Of a stretch of DNA of 64,000 nucleotides, positions 46,005 to 54,523 are shown one piece after another. The stretch covers positions 780,032-844,031 of the forward strand of contig JACKFL010000006.1 in the NCBI GenBank assembly GCA_020632495.1. The letters are read 5' to 3'. The notes below the pieces were generated by a model. It did no database searches. It was not told the DNA's origin and saw only the letters and a program-made list of their open reading frames with translations. The translations under genes and the position numbers were made by a program. The stretch comes from Candidatus Omnitrophota bacterium (lineage in GTDB: Bacteria > Omnitrophota > Gorgyraeia > Zapsychrales > Zapsychraceae). The number at the start of each line of letters is the position of its first letter. Within the stretch, counting starts at the first letter, position 1.

Positions 46005-46448
46005 TTAACTCCCTCCCTGACTATGATTGATTCTTGCATTATCCGGATAGGGACGGCCCTGTCCGGTTTCCAACAAGTCCTTCAGACTGAGCAGATAGCC
46101 GGCCCATTCGGCGGAACAGCGTTCATACAAGGGTGTTTCTTCAGCCCACATCTCATGCCGGAACTGAACCAGGGTCTGGCCGTCCTGTTCCTCCCACTCG
46201 AAAAGGATCTGGGTGTCTTCCCATTCCGGATCCACCTGCAGGCACTGCCAAACGATCTTGGTGGGATTCTGCTGCAGGACTTGCAGCGTCATGACCGATG
46301 CGTCGAAATGCACGGCGATTTCCCCGCCCGCCTCAAATTCGCCCTCGGTGCGGCTCCACCAGCCGGATATCCCGTCCGCGCTGGAGAGGGCCCGGTACAC
46401 GGATTGCGGGTCGGTCTTTATTTCGACCCGGTGAGAAATGGTGAACAA
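46005..46448 (-). CDS. SRPBCC / AHSA1-like protein
   Basis: TTG start with AAGGAG 6 nt upstream gives (M)FTISHRVEIKTDPQSVYRALSSADGISGWW...VHFD...TLQVLQQNPTKIVWQC. The rest of ORF 46005..46832 overlaps elbB in another frame and is low complexity. Confidence 0.65.
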   Translation of the reverse strand: MFTISHRVEIKTDPQSVYRALSSADGISGWWSRTEGEFEAGGEIAVHFDASVMTLQVLQQNPTKIVWQCLQVDPEWEDTQILFEWEEQDGQTLVQFRHEMWAEETPLYERCSAEWAGYLLSLKDLLETGQGRPYPDNARINHSQGGS

Positions 46449-46497
46449 TATGTGCTCCTTGATATCGGAAATTTTTGGCTGCCCTGCGAGGCGTCTG

Positions 46498-47145
46498 TTA
46501 CATCCGGAGCAGCGCGTTGACCACGTTCTGCGCGCCGTTGGCGATCTCGATGATATTGGAATCCAGCATATAACACGGGCCGGTGACCAGCTTTTTCTTT
46601 TCATCGACGACGATTTCCTCCGCCTTGGTATTTTGCGGCGTGGCGCCCATCGCCTTGAGGGCCTCGTTGACATCTTCGTCGTCACCGACGGTGACCTTAA
46701 CCTCGTCCAAAAGTTTGGCGAGCAGAACCGGCGCGATGCACAGGGCGCCGATCGGTTTGCCGGCGGCGTGTGTCGTGGTGACGGCACGCTCGACCTCCGG
46801 GTGAATGCCGCACTCGGTCCCGTCCACGGCAAAGGTACACAGGTTCAACGCCGCGCCGTACCCGCCGGGCAACATCAGATAATCGAAGTCTTCCTGCCGG
46901 TACTCTCTCAGGGCCTTCACCTTGCCCCGTGCGATGCGGGCCGATTCGACAAGTACGTTACGATTGCCTTCTTCCTGTTCACCGGTCAGGTGGTTGGTGA
47001 CATGATGCTGATCGCAGTCCGGCGCGAAACACTGATAGCTGTTTCCGGTCCGCTCAATAGCCAAAAGCGACATGGTCGCTTCATGAATTTCACTGCCGTC
47101 CTGGAATCCGCAGCCGGACAATATGACAGCAAAACGCTTGCTCAT
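46498..47145 (-). CDS. elbB: ElbB-type DJ-1/PfpI family protein (glyoxalase III-like)
   Basis: MSKRFAVILSGCGFQDGSEIHEATMSLLAIERTG...CFAPD...NHLTGE...LMLPGGYGAALNL...GKPIGALCIAP. Confidence 0.85.
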   Translation of the reverse strand: MSKRFAVILSGCGFQDGSEIHEATMSLLAIERTGNSYQCFAPDCDQHHVTNHLTGEQEEGNRNVLVESARIARGKVKALREYRQEDFDYLMLPGGYGAALNLCTFAVDGTECGIHPEVERAVTTTHAAGKPIGALCIAPVLLAKLLDEVKVTVGDDEDVNEALKAMGATPQNTKAEEIVVDEKKKLVTGPCYMLDSNIIEIANGAQNVVNALLRM

Positions 47146-47157
47146 GATAATGCTCCT

Positions 47158-47559
47158 TTAGTTCTGAGTTTGAACACTGACAGGGACAGTCCGAACAAAA
47201 CGTCGAGGATCAACAACCCTTGGCGCAGATTGGCGGCGGAGAGCAGCAGCGTTCCCTGTTTTCCCGCATCCCAGCAGGTTCCACCGAGATAGTATTGTTG
47301 TGTCGGATTGAGGGTGAACGGGGGCGGGAATACTGTCGGCGTTGAAGCGAAGATTATTTTCTTCCCATCTCCAGGCGGTAAAGCCGGCTGCCATGAGCAG
47401 CAACGCCGAATACAGCGGTGTTCCGCCCCAATGCGGGTGATTCTCGTCGAAATATCTCAACAACACCATGACAATCAGCCCGGCGCATACCAAACAACAT
47501 CCGACAATGTCGGTGAGAGATTTCTTGCTGTCCATCCAATCCTTTGAGTCCGGGGCCAC
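47158..47559 (-). CDS. Hypothetical two-TM protein (weakly supported)
   Basis: ORF only. Two hydrophobic segments (IVGCCLVCAGLIVMVLL, LYSALLLMAAGFTAW). The C-terminal part looks non-protein-like. Confidence 0.3.
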   Translation of the reverse strand: MAPDSKDWMDSKKSLTDIVGCCLVCAGLIVMVLLRYFDENHPHWGGTPLYSALLLMAAGFTAWRWEENNLRFNADSIPAPVHPQSDTTILSRWNLLGCGKTGNAAALRRQSAPRVVDPRRFVRTVPVSVQTQN

Positions 47560-47597
47560 AATCGGAAAAGCAGGTTTTCGGTGCGGTGACCGTGCGA

Positions 47598-48104
47598 TTA
47601 CCGGTCGAAAAACGGTCCGCCGGTAGTAATCGCGAAGACCTTGGACCCGGTCTGGCCCACGGTCAACGGGGTCGCGACGAACTTAAAGCCGTCCTCCGAC
47701 ATGTGACAGTTGTAGTGAAAGCCGGAATAAATCTTATTACAATAGTTGTCCTTGATGTAGGGCGGAAACACATCGGTGAGTTGGTTCATATGCTCCGGGT
47801 AAATCCCGTTGTTACGGCGCGCGAAGCGCCGGGTGGCACGGGCCATCTTGTCCAGCACTTCCTGGGCGACGCGGTCGTTAAATGCCGGTCCGGGGTTGGC
47901 CGGGTCGGGTAAGGACATCAACGTCTGGATTTCGTCCAGCTTTTTGAGCAGCACTTCCTTTTCCACCCGCAGGTCGATCACTTCGCGGCGAAGCTGATCG
48001 AGTTCCGTTTTGTCGTTTTCCGTGAGCATTGGTGTGGTGGCGGCAACCGGTAATGCCGTCACCAGCAGGGTCGTCATAACAAGCAGGCATAGTCGTGTTT
48101 TCAT
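47598..48104 (-). CDS. Secreted hypothetical protein
   Basis: Signal peptide MKTRLCLLVMTTLLVTALPVAA. Short coiled segment, then a Cys-containing globular part. Confidence 0.5.
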   Translation of the reverse strand: MKTRLCLLVMTTLLVTALPVAATTPMLTENDKTELDQLRREVIDLRVEKEVLLKKLDEIQTLMSLPDPANPGPAFNDRVAQEVLDKMARATRRFARRNNGIYPEHMNQLTDVFPPYIKDNYCNKIYSGFHYNCHMSEDGFKFVATPLTVGQTGSKVFAITTGGPFFDR

Positions 48105-48210
48105 GGCAGCAAGATCCTCCTAATTAATCCTCAACGTGTTCTGAGGCACTATTTTAGCAATTTTCCGGTGGTTCGGCCAGAGAAAAATCGGCGCGGGTGG
48201 GATAGGCGGA

Positions 48211-48232
48211 ATTCGCCACGCGCGTGGCGAAT
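48211..48232 (-). terminator. 22-nt perfect palindrome downstream of the 48250 gene (possible terminator)
   Basis: ATTCGCCACGCGCGTGGCGAAT, 18 nt after the stop of the - strand gene. No tight U-run, so terminator function is uncertain. Confidence 0.4.
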
Positions 48233-48249
48233 CTTCAGTCCGGCGGTCG

Positions 48250-48969
48250 TCAGGGGGCTTTTTTAATTGTTCTTAAACGTTTGATTTCATGGCGGATACG
48301 GAGCTTTTCCCGCATGGGAAGGGCGTTGTACCTGTCATTGAAGGGGCCCCAGCTCGGCTGGAGGAAGTACTTGCGGGCCTCAAGTTCGTGGACCGCGGGA
48401 TACTTTTCACGTTCAAAGTAGACGCTCAGGATCTTTAACGCGGCCCGGTATTCGATCATCGGGAAGAACAGGACCTTCTCGGCCATCAGTTTTTCCACGT
48501 AGGCATAATATGCCTCCACGGGTTTGATTCGGCCGTTAGGCAGGTGGACGGCCAGGCCTCCGAAGCGGTCGAAAAGGATGCTGTCGAAGTGCCAGTCGGC
48601 AATCTGGGAACGCACCTGAATGAGGTCCGCTTCGCTCATCTTGGAGCGCAGCTTTCGCACTTGTTGCAGGTAGGCGTTCACTTCCAAATCGGTGACTTCG
48701 TAACCGTACTCTGCGAGTAAGCGGCTCTTCATTTTGGCATGAATTCGGCGGGCCAATGTCTCCATACGGTAGGTGTATTCAAATTGCTGGAATTTTACCT
48801 CCGAGAGCTCGGCGCGGCGGCCGGCGGCCCTGTCTTCCGAAAGTTGTAACGTCTGCGGCATGATCCGGTCGTTATTGAAGACGGCGGCGGCCGGATCGTC
48901 ACCGGCGGCGTATGTAGGCGCGGCCGACAAAGCGAGTAACAGGATCGTTACGGCGGAATATCTTTTCAT
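48250..48969 (-). CDS. Secreted hypothetical protein
   Basis: Start at MKRYSAVTILLLALSAAPTYAAGDD (signal peptide). No motif recognised. Confidence 0.5.
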   Translation of the reverse strand: MKRYSAVTILLLALSAAPTYAAGDDPAAAVFNNDRIMPQTLQLSEDRAAGRRAELSEVKFQQFEYTYRMETLARRIHAKMKSRLLAEYGYEVTDLEVNAYLQQVRKLRSKMSEADLIQVRSQIADWHFDSILFDRFGGLAVHLPNGRIKPVEAYYAYVEKLMAEKVLFFPMIEYRAALKILSVYFEREKYPAVHELEARKYFLQPSWGPFNDRYNALPMREKLRIRHEIKRLRTIKKAP

Positions 48970-49054
48970 GTGTGTTCCTCTCCCCTGGCGAGCCGGGGTT
49001 TCATCCCTGATCATCCGGACAGGCCGGCTGTCCCGCACGTTGAGGGATACTCAT

Positions 49055-49435
49055 TTAAGTATGCGCGATCACTTCGATTTCCACCAGCACATCCTTCGGA
49101 AGGCGCGCGACCTCCACGGCGGAGCGGGCCGGTGCGGTTTCGGCGTCGAAATAACGGGAATAGACCGCGTTCATCGCCTGAAAATCTTCCATATTCTTCA
49201 GAAATACCGTGGTCTTGATGACGTGCTCCAGACTCAGTCCGGCGGCCGCGAGCACGGCCTGGATGTTGGTGAAGACCTGCTCGGTTTGCGCGGTCACATC
49301 ACCCTCGATCAGGCGGCCGTCCTTAGTCAGCGGGATCTGTCCGGCGCAAAATAATAAATCCCCGCTGCGGACCGCTTGACTATAGGGGCCGACCGGTGCG
49401 GGTGCGTTCGCGGTTAAGATAATCTGCTTGGTCAT
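49055..49435 (-). CDS. RidA/YjgF-family enamine/imine deaminase
   Basis: MTKQIILTANAPAPVGPYSQAV..GDLLFCAGQIPL...KTTVFLKNMEDFQAMNAVY...PARSAVEVARLPKDVLVEIE. Confidence 0.9.
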   Translation of the reverse strand: MTKQIILTANAPAPVGPYSQAVRSGDLLFCAGQIPLTKDGRLIEGDVTAQTEQVFTNIQAVLAAAGLSLEHVIKTTVFLKNMEDFQAMNAVYSRYFDAETAPARSAVEVARLPKDVLVEIEVIAHT

Positions 49436-49473
49436 TATATGTCCTTTCGCGCCGACCGGGACACCGGTCGATG

Positions 49474-50133
49474 TCACTTGATGAGTACCCGGCCCTCGCC
49501 GAGATTCTTGTTATCCACATCTTTCGGCGATCCGAAAACCGTTACCGTGCCTGTGCCGTGATGTTCTATCGCTGCCGTCGCGGTGGCCGTGAAGGTGACG
49601 TCCGCATCGCCCGTCACAATGACCGAGGCAACCCGCGCGTTCAGCTCCCGCAGGTCCACATGACCCGATCCCTCGCTGTGTATCGTCAGTTTATTGACGC
49701 TGCCGGAGCCGGAGACCGATCCGGTGTTCTTCACCGCCACGAGAAATACATCGGCGTCGGTAAGTTTCAGGGTCACCGGACCGTGACCCACATGCGTTAC
49801 CGATTCCAGCGTCGGGCTGACCAGGCGTACCTCGCCGGGACGACGGCTGCGCAATTCCAGGGCGGGTTGCAGCTGAAGCGCGTTGCCGGCGACGGTCGTG
49901 CGGATGTGCTTCAACAGATTGGAATCAAACGTCAACTCGGCCTTCGGCGGCAGTCCCTGCTGGGCGGTGACTGCGAAATCACCGTGAATCACGGCGGTAG
50001 AGAAGGCGGTCAGTTCGCGTGATTCTGTCGCCGGCCGGCCGTTACCCTTGACGACGCCGGGTTCGCAGCCGGAGACAAGCAGGACCGCAGCGATGAGCAG
50101 ACACAGGCCGCTTATCCGGGACCCTTCGTTCAT
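49474..50133 (-). CDS. DUF2807-like (GIN-domain) beta-rich lipoprotein
   Basis: LLIAAVLLVSGC lipobox. Repeated G-x-G strands (HVGHGPVTL, NTGSVSGSGSV, SEGSGHVDL, VTGDADVTF, HHGTGTVTVFGSP). Confidence 0.65.
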   Translation of the reverse strand: MNEGSRISGLCLLIAAVLLVSGCEPGVVKGNGRPATESRELTAFSTAVIHGDFAVTAQQGLPPKAELTFDSNLLKHIRTTVAGNALQLQPALELRSRRPGEVRLVSPTLESVTHVGHGPVTLKLTDADVFLVAVKNTGSVSGSGSVNKLTIHSEGSGHVDLRELNARVASVIVTGDADVTFTATATAAIEHHGTGTVTVFGSPKDVDNKNLGEGRVLIK

Positions 50134-50507
50134 TTCATCAGTTCCCGCATGGCCTCCTCCCGGGAGTCAAAGACGAGAATCATCTCCTTCAATTTGTAGA
50201 TCTCAATCAAATGCTGGAACTCCTCCGGCATGTTGATAAACGCCACCCGGTGATTGCGCCCGCTGTTACTTTCGAGACGATCGATGATGTTGGCGACCGT
50301 GGCGGAATCGACATCGCCGACCAGCTCATAGTCGACCAGAATACGCAAATTATCACGTTTGCCGATGCGGTGCCGGCGCACGATTTCATCGAGGAGTTTG
50401 CGCGATTCAGGCAGCGTGTACTGATTAATGTCGCCGCTGACCTGAATCGAGATGAAATCACCGTCTTCCTTGGCAATGAAACTGGGCCGTAGGTATTTCT
50501 CAGGCAT
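50130..50507 (-). CDS. STAS-domain protein (anti-sigma-antagonist-like)
   Basis: 125 aa. ISIQVSGDIN...LRILVDYELVGDVDSATVANIIDRL...FINMPEEFQHLIEIYKL. 4-nt overlap with the downstream gene. Confidence 0.55.
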   Translation of the reverse strand: MPEKYLRPSFIAKEDGDFISIQVSGDINQYTLPESRKLLDEIVRRHRIGKRDNLRILVDYELVGDVDSATVANIIDRLESNSGRNHRVAFINMPEEFQHLIEIYKLKEMILVFDSREEAMRELMK

Positions 50508-50512
50508 CGGCC

Positions 50513-50941
50513 TTATTCTTCCCAGGCAGACGATTCAGCCGGGCTGCCGGCCGAGGCCCGTGACGGCGCCGGTTCGGACTGGTAGCCTCCTCCATCGTAT
50601 CCGCCGCCGCCGTCTCCCTGACGCTTGGGCATGAAATGGACATTATTGGCCACGATCCGTACCTTGCTTTGGGTCTTGCCGTCCTTGTCCCACCGGTCCT
50701 GCTTCAATCTACCTTCGACTATGATGCCGCTCCCCTTGGCGAGGTATTTAGCGCAGTTTTCGGCAATCACGCCCCACACTTCGATATCAAAGTAGGACAC
50801 CTCCTGCGTCTTTTGACCGTCTTTACTGAAGACGCGGTTATTGGCGATGGAAAGATTGCATACCGGGCGGCCGCTGGACGTGAAGCGCATTTCCGGATCG
50901 CGGGTAAGATTTCCCATGATGTTGACACTGTTTAAACTCAT
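50513..50941 (-). CDS. ssb: Single-stranded DNA-binding protein
   Basis: MSLNSVNIMGNLTRDPEMRFTSSGRPVCNLSIANN...FDIEVWG..AENCAKYLAKGSGIIVEGRLKQDRW. Gly-rich tail. Confidence 0.9.
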   Translation of the reverse strand: MSLNSVNIMGNLTRDPEMRFTSSGRPVCNLSIANNRVFSKDGQKTQEVSYFDIEVWGVIAENCAKYLAKGSGIIVEGRLKQDRWDKDGKTQSKVRIVANNVHFMPKRQGDGGGGYDGGGYQSEPAPSRASAGSPAESSAWEE

Positions 50942-50965
50942 TGGTTTCCTTTCGCTTGGCAGAGG

Positions 50966-51886
50966 TTAACTGGCGTTATAGGGTTCCTTAATCAGGTATT
51001 GGATGTATTCATCTTCGGGGAGAACCTCGACATCGTTGAATTTTTGTACTTCCCCGTTCTTATACTTGACGGTCAGGCTCATTTTCAAGAAGCCCTTGCT
51101 CTTATAGTCGCTGAGCTCATTGAGCCGCAAAACGCGCTCCTGCGGTTTAAAGAAATATAAAGCGCGGGAGGTGGTCACGAAATTCCCTTCGCTGAGATTG
51201 ACCAGAAATTCCCCTTGCTCAAACGGCCGGATTTTCCAGGCGCGCTCGATATCTTCGCGGTACAGACAATGGCCTGCGATGAACTGCTGCAGCGAATTGT
51301 TGCGCGCCTCCCGCGAACAAGTGGGGCTGAGCGGATTCAATTCTCCGGCCCGCCAGGAGGTGTGTGTCTGTGACATCAGCTTTTCGAACGGTGAATCATC
51401 CGGTTCAAAGTCCGGGTCATCTTCGACAATCTTTCCGGCTTCGACCGCATCCGTTGATTCTTCCGTCGCGGCCTTTTCAGCTTTTTTTATTTCCCGCGCC
51501 TCCTCTTCTGCCTCGCGGGCGACAGCCTGCTTTCCCCTGACGGTGCGTCCGATGACGATGCCCAGCCAACCGCATCCGGCCATTAACACGAAGCCCAGGA
51601 CACCGCCGGCGATAAAGAACGGCTGCCCGTTACCCCTGGCGGCCGCCTTGGCGGCCGTGAGGTATATGAGCGCCATTCCGGCAATCAGTCGCCAGAAGGA
51701 GAAATTTCCGCGTTCATCATGCGCAAAGAGAAAGACGATGCACGAGGCCAAAGACGGCACCAGTGCCTGCTGGTAGCCGACACCGGTGAGTTTTGCGTAA
51801 ATGACCGGGACCGCGCCCAGCCCGCCGAAAATCATCGTACCGGCGATATAAGGAATGAAGTCGGCCTTGCGGTACATCCCGGCCAT
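50966..51886 (-). CDS. Membrane protein with acidic linker and C-terminal soluble domain, unknown function
   Basis: Four hydrophobic helices, EAEEEAREIKKAEKAATEE linker, about 140-aa C-terminal domain. Confidence 0.45.
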   Translation of the reverse strand: MAGMYRKADFIPYIAGTMIFGGLGAVPVIYAKLTGVGYQQALVPSLASCIVFLFAHDERGNFSFWRLIAGMALIYLTAAKAAARGNGQPFFIAGGVLGFVLMAGCGWLGIVIGRTVRGKQAVAREAEEEAREIKKAEKAATEESTDAVEAGKIVEDDPDFEPDDSPFEKLMSQTHTSWRAGELNPLSPTCSREARNNSLQQFIAGHCLYREDIERAWKIRPFEQGEFLVNLSEGNFVTTSRALYFFKPQERVLRLNELSDYKSKGFLKMSLTVKYKNGEVQKFNDVEVLPEDEYIQYLIKEPYNAS

Positions 51887-51889
51887 GTT

Positions 51890-52372
51890 TTAGTGTCCGC
51901 AGCCGCCGGCGCCGTGGATATGTCCGTGTTCGAGTTCCTCAGCGGTGGCTTCGCGGATCTCCAGGACTTCTATTTCAAAGTGCAGGGTTTGTCCGGCGAG
52001 CGGATGATTAAAATCGACCGTTACCTCGGCTTCTCCCACCGCCTGAACGGTGGCGATTTGTGCACCCTGCGGGCTGTTGACCTGCAGGTGCATACCTTCC
52101 TTGAGATCGTCGAGACCGTCAAAGTGTTCCTTTGGAACTTTCTTGATTTTGAGTTCGTCGTGAGGGCCGAAGGCCTCCTCGGGCGCCAGGCTCATGGAAA
52201 ATTTTTCGCCCTGAGCGCGGCCGTCGAGGGCCTTTTCCAGACCGGGCATGAGATTGCTGTGTCCGTGGAGATAACCCATAGGCGCGTCATTGACAGTCGA
52301 GTCGATCGTATCCCCGGCATCATTCTTCAGCGAGTAATGGATCATGGCGACTTTTCCGTTTTCGATTTTCAT
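51890..52372 (-). CDS. slyD: FKBP-type peptidyl-prolyl isomerase (SlyD-like) with His/Cys-rich tail
   Basis: VAMIHYSLKNDAGDTIDST...MGYLHGHSNLMPGLEKAL...HPLAGQTLHFEIEVLEIREAT. Tail HGHIHGAGGCGH. Confidence 0.85.
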   Translation of the reverse strand: MKIENGKVAMIHYSLKNDAGDTIDSTVNDAPMGYLHGHSNLMPGLEKALDGRAQGEKFSMSLAPEEAFGPHDELKIKKVPKEHFDGLDDLKEGMHLQVNSPQGAQIATVQAVGEAEVTVDFNHPLAGQTLHFEIEVLEIREATAEELEHGHIHGAGGCGH

Positions 52373-52474
52373 AAGGGTCCTTTCGTTGACCGACCGTCAG
52401 TCCATGGCACGCAATCGGGTAACCGTGTCACCATCTTCCAATAGTCGCGAATGCATTCGATAGTCGCGGCGGGA

Positions 52475-52795
52475 TCAACCGTCCGCATTTTTCCAGGCGT
52501 CGAAACCGCCGCGCAGGCTGTAGGCGTTGGTGAAGCCGCGTTCCTGCAGGGCGGCGCACACACCGAGGCTGCTGTTGCCGTAATAGCAGTAACAGATTAC
52601 GGTGCGCTCCTTATCGGCCTGCGTGATAAACTCGTCAAAATCTTCCTGTGACGCGATATGCCGGGCGCCTGCGATGCTCTCTGTTTCATGGTCCAGGGCG
52701 GCGCGGACATCGATCACGATGGCCTCGCCGGCGGAGATTTTGAGCCGCGCTTCTTCGACACTCAATTCTTTGATGTTGTCCTGATCGGGGATCAT
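52475..52795 (-). CDS. Rhodanese-domain sulfurtransferase (GlpE-like)
   Basis: VIDVR...H.AGARHI...TVICYCYYGNSS (active-site Cys loop)...RGGFDAW. Confidence 0.85.
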   Translation of the reverse strand: MIPDQDNIKELSVEEARLKISAGEAIVIDVRAALDHETESIAGARHIASQEDFDEFITQADKERTVICYCYYGNSSLGVCAALQERGFTNAYSLRGGFDAWKNADG

Positions 52796-52796
52796 G

Positions 52797-53498
52797 CTAT
52801 TTCTTTCTGATTATGCCTTTGCCGGAATTGTCGATTTCCGTCTCCGGCGGGTTACCCGCATAAATAATTTCGCCGCGGCCGATGTTGGTGGCCTCCAGTT
52901 TTTGCGTGGCCACGACCGTCACCCGGCCCTTGCCAGTCAGCAGGACATCGACCTGTTTGGCGGTGACGTCTTCCAGCTGGAGATTCCCGTCGCCGCCGGC
53001 CTCGATCCAGAGCTTGTCGACCCGGCCCAATCCCGAGACATCGCCGTCGCCGGAAACTTTAAGCGCCAGGTTTGACAGGCTGAGATTGTCCAGGATCACG
53101 GTTCCCCGGCCGCTATGATCGATGCGCTCCAGGTCGGGGGTCTCGATCCGCAGGCGGACGGGTTTACGGGTGCGAAAACCCTGTTCAAATTCCGGCACCA
53201 GGATGTTGTCGTTGATTCGCGGTTTCAGCAAGCGGGTAATGTTATCGTCGGCGGTAATGATGATGCGCGGGGTACTCCCCTGGGCGATATTGATGTCAAA
53301 ATCATGATCGATCTTCACCCCCTCAAAGAAGTGAACATCGATGCGCCGGGTGGTCAGCGTTCCGGATCCGGTGACCGTGCCGTCTCCGTACTTGGTCCCG
53401 ACCGGTCCTCCCCCGGAGCCGCCGCAGCCGGCCGAGCCCGTCAATAAAGCGGCGGCCAGCAAGACGCTCAGTATCCGCGGGCGCGATAGGCTTACCAT
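52797..53498 (-). CDS. DUF2807-like (GIN-domain) lipoprotein, paralog of 49474..50133
   Basis: Start at MVSLSRPRILSVLLAAALLTGSAGC. Repeats HSGRGTVIL, VSGDGDVSGLGRV, AGGDGNLQL, LTGKGRVTV, NIGRGEIIYAGNP. Confidence 0.65.
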   Translation of the reverse strand: MVSLSRPRILSVLLAAALLTGSAGCGGSGGGPVGTKYGDGTVTGSGTLTTRRIDVHFFEGVKIDHDFDINIAQGSTPRIIITADDNITRLLKPRINDNILVPEFEQGFRTRKPVRLRIETPDLERIDHSGRGTVILDNLSLSNLALKVSGDGDVSGLGRVDKLWIEAGGDGNLQLEDVTAKQVDVLLTGKGRVTVVATQKLEATNIGRGEIIYAGNPPETEIDNSGKGIIRKK

Positions 53499-53551
53499 AT
53501 TCCGGCACATTGCCCTTACTATAATGAATATTGGCGGCGGCGTCAATAGGG

Positions 53552-54523
53552 TCAGGGCTGGCGCCGCGCCTTGGCCAACAATTCTTCAAGGATAACCAGA
53601 TATTCGGGTTTCAATGGACGGGTATTGTCAATATGCTCCGCGATGCACACCAGGGCCATGGCCTGGTCGACAATCCATTGGGTCCGGGTCAGCATATCAA
53701 AGGCGGTGGTAATGTCCTGGCGGGATGCATAATGGCATGCTAATTCGCGTCCATGCGGCGTCGGATTCATAGCCATTCTTCGAATTTCCGAGACGGCCTT
53801 ATCATGCATTCCCCAGGCCATGTAATAACCCAGCATTTGATGGACGAAGATACAGTCGGTCTCGGTCTGGATATGAGTCATGGCGCGGTCCATGAGGGCA
53901 ACGGCTTCCTCGCGACCTTGAGGCTCACGTTCAAGTATTTGAATTATGGTGAAATACTCCTGGCAATCGGTGGAATCCTCCAATGATTGAGTGTCTGGCG
54001 GAACCGATTTTCCCTGACTTCCGATCATTCTTTTAATATGCATTGTCGCATAAGTTTGGGAATAACTGTCGCCGATCGTCAATGGTGCGTGCAAACTAGC
54101 TAAGTTTCTGGCGTTTTCGGACTTCTTCGGGGCACCAATTTTTTTATAAGCCTTCGCGATGTGTTCCAAGGCCAACATGGAGAATTGGTTATAAAGGTAA
54201 GGACTATGCAGGATCATAACAGCATAATCCAGGATTGTGACGCCCGATCCTTGTTGTCGTTGCGGTTGGAATTTGAAAACTTGATCCAAGAACTTATCTT
54301 GGTACTTAATACGGATAGTAAAGCCGTCTGATGAATCAATAGTGATGCCCTGTTTGACGGCAGGATAGTGACGAAATTGCTCGCCGATGACCGGGTGAGG
54401 TTCAGAGGAGAAAATTATGTGCCTGGTCGTCTCATCGTTTAGGCGCAGTAATGCATAGGTCAGGCCTATCAGAATGACGATCGTCCACAGAAGCCTTGTG
54501 CTGGGGAGCTTTCTTTTGCTCAT
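53552..54523 (-). CDS. N-terminally anchored helical protein, tandem paralog A (unknown family)
   Basis: TM LLWTIVILIGLTYALL. Shares blocks with the upstream gene: VTILDYAVMIL, HIAKAYKKIGA, GREEAVALMDRAM, RELACHYA, ALVCIAEHI, PLKPEYLVILEELLAKARR. Confidence 0.6.
   Translation of the reverse strand: MSKRKLPSTRLLWTIVILIGLTYALLRLNDETTRHIIFSSEPHPVIGEQFRHYPAVKQGITIDSSDGFTIRIKYQDKFLDQVFKFQPQRQQGSGVTILDYAVMILHSPYLYNQFSMLALEHIAKAYKKIGAPKKSENARNLASLHAPLTIGDSYSQTYATMHIKRMIGSQGKSVPPDTQSLEDSTDCQEYFTIIQILEREPQGREEAVALMDRAMTHIQTETDCIFVHQMLGYYMAWGMHDKAVSEIRRMAMNPTPHGRELACHYASRQDITTAFDMLTRTQWIVDQAMALVCIAEHIDNTRPLKPEYLVILEELLAKARRQP

Noticed and set aside
46449-46832. The full 275-aa ORF 46005..46832 as one gene overlapping elbB.
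   Set aside because: Its upstream part overlaps the well-supported elbB gene in another frame and is Pro/Arg/Ser-rich. A TTG start with AAGGAG at 46448 yields a complete SRPBCC-like protein.
49511-49519. Perfect DnaA box TTATCCACA.
   Set aside because: It is a single copy inside a coding region. One chance occurrence of a 9-mer in 128 kb of two-strand sequence is expected. There is no cluster or AT-rich unwinding element.
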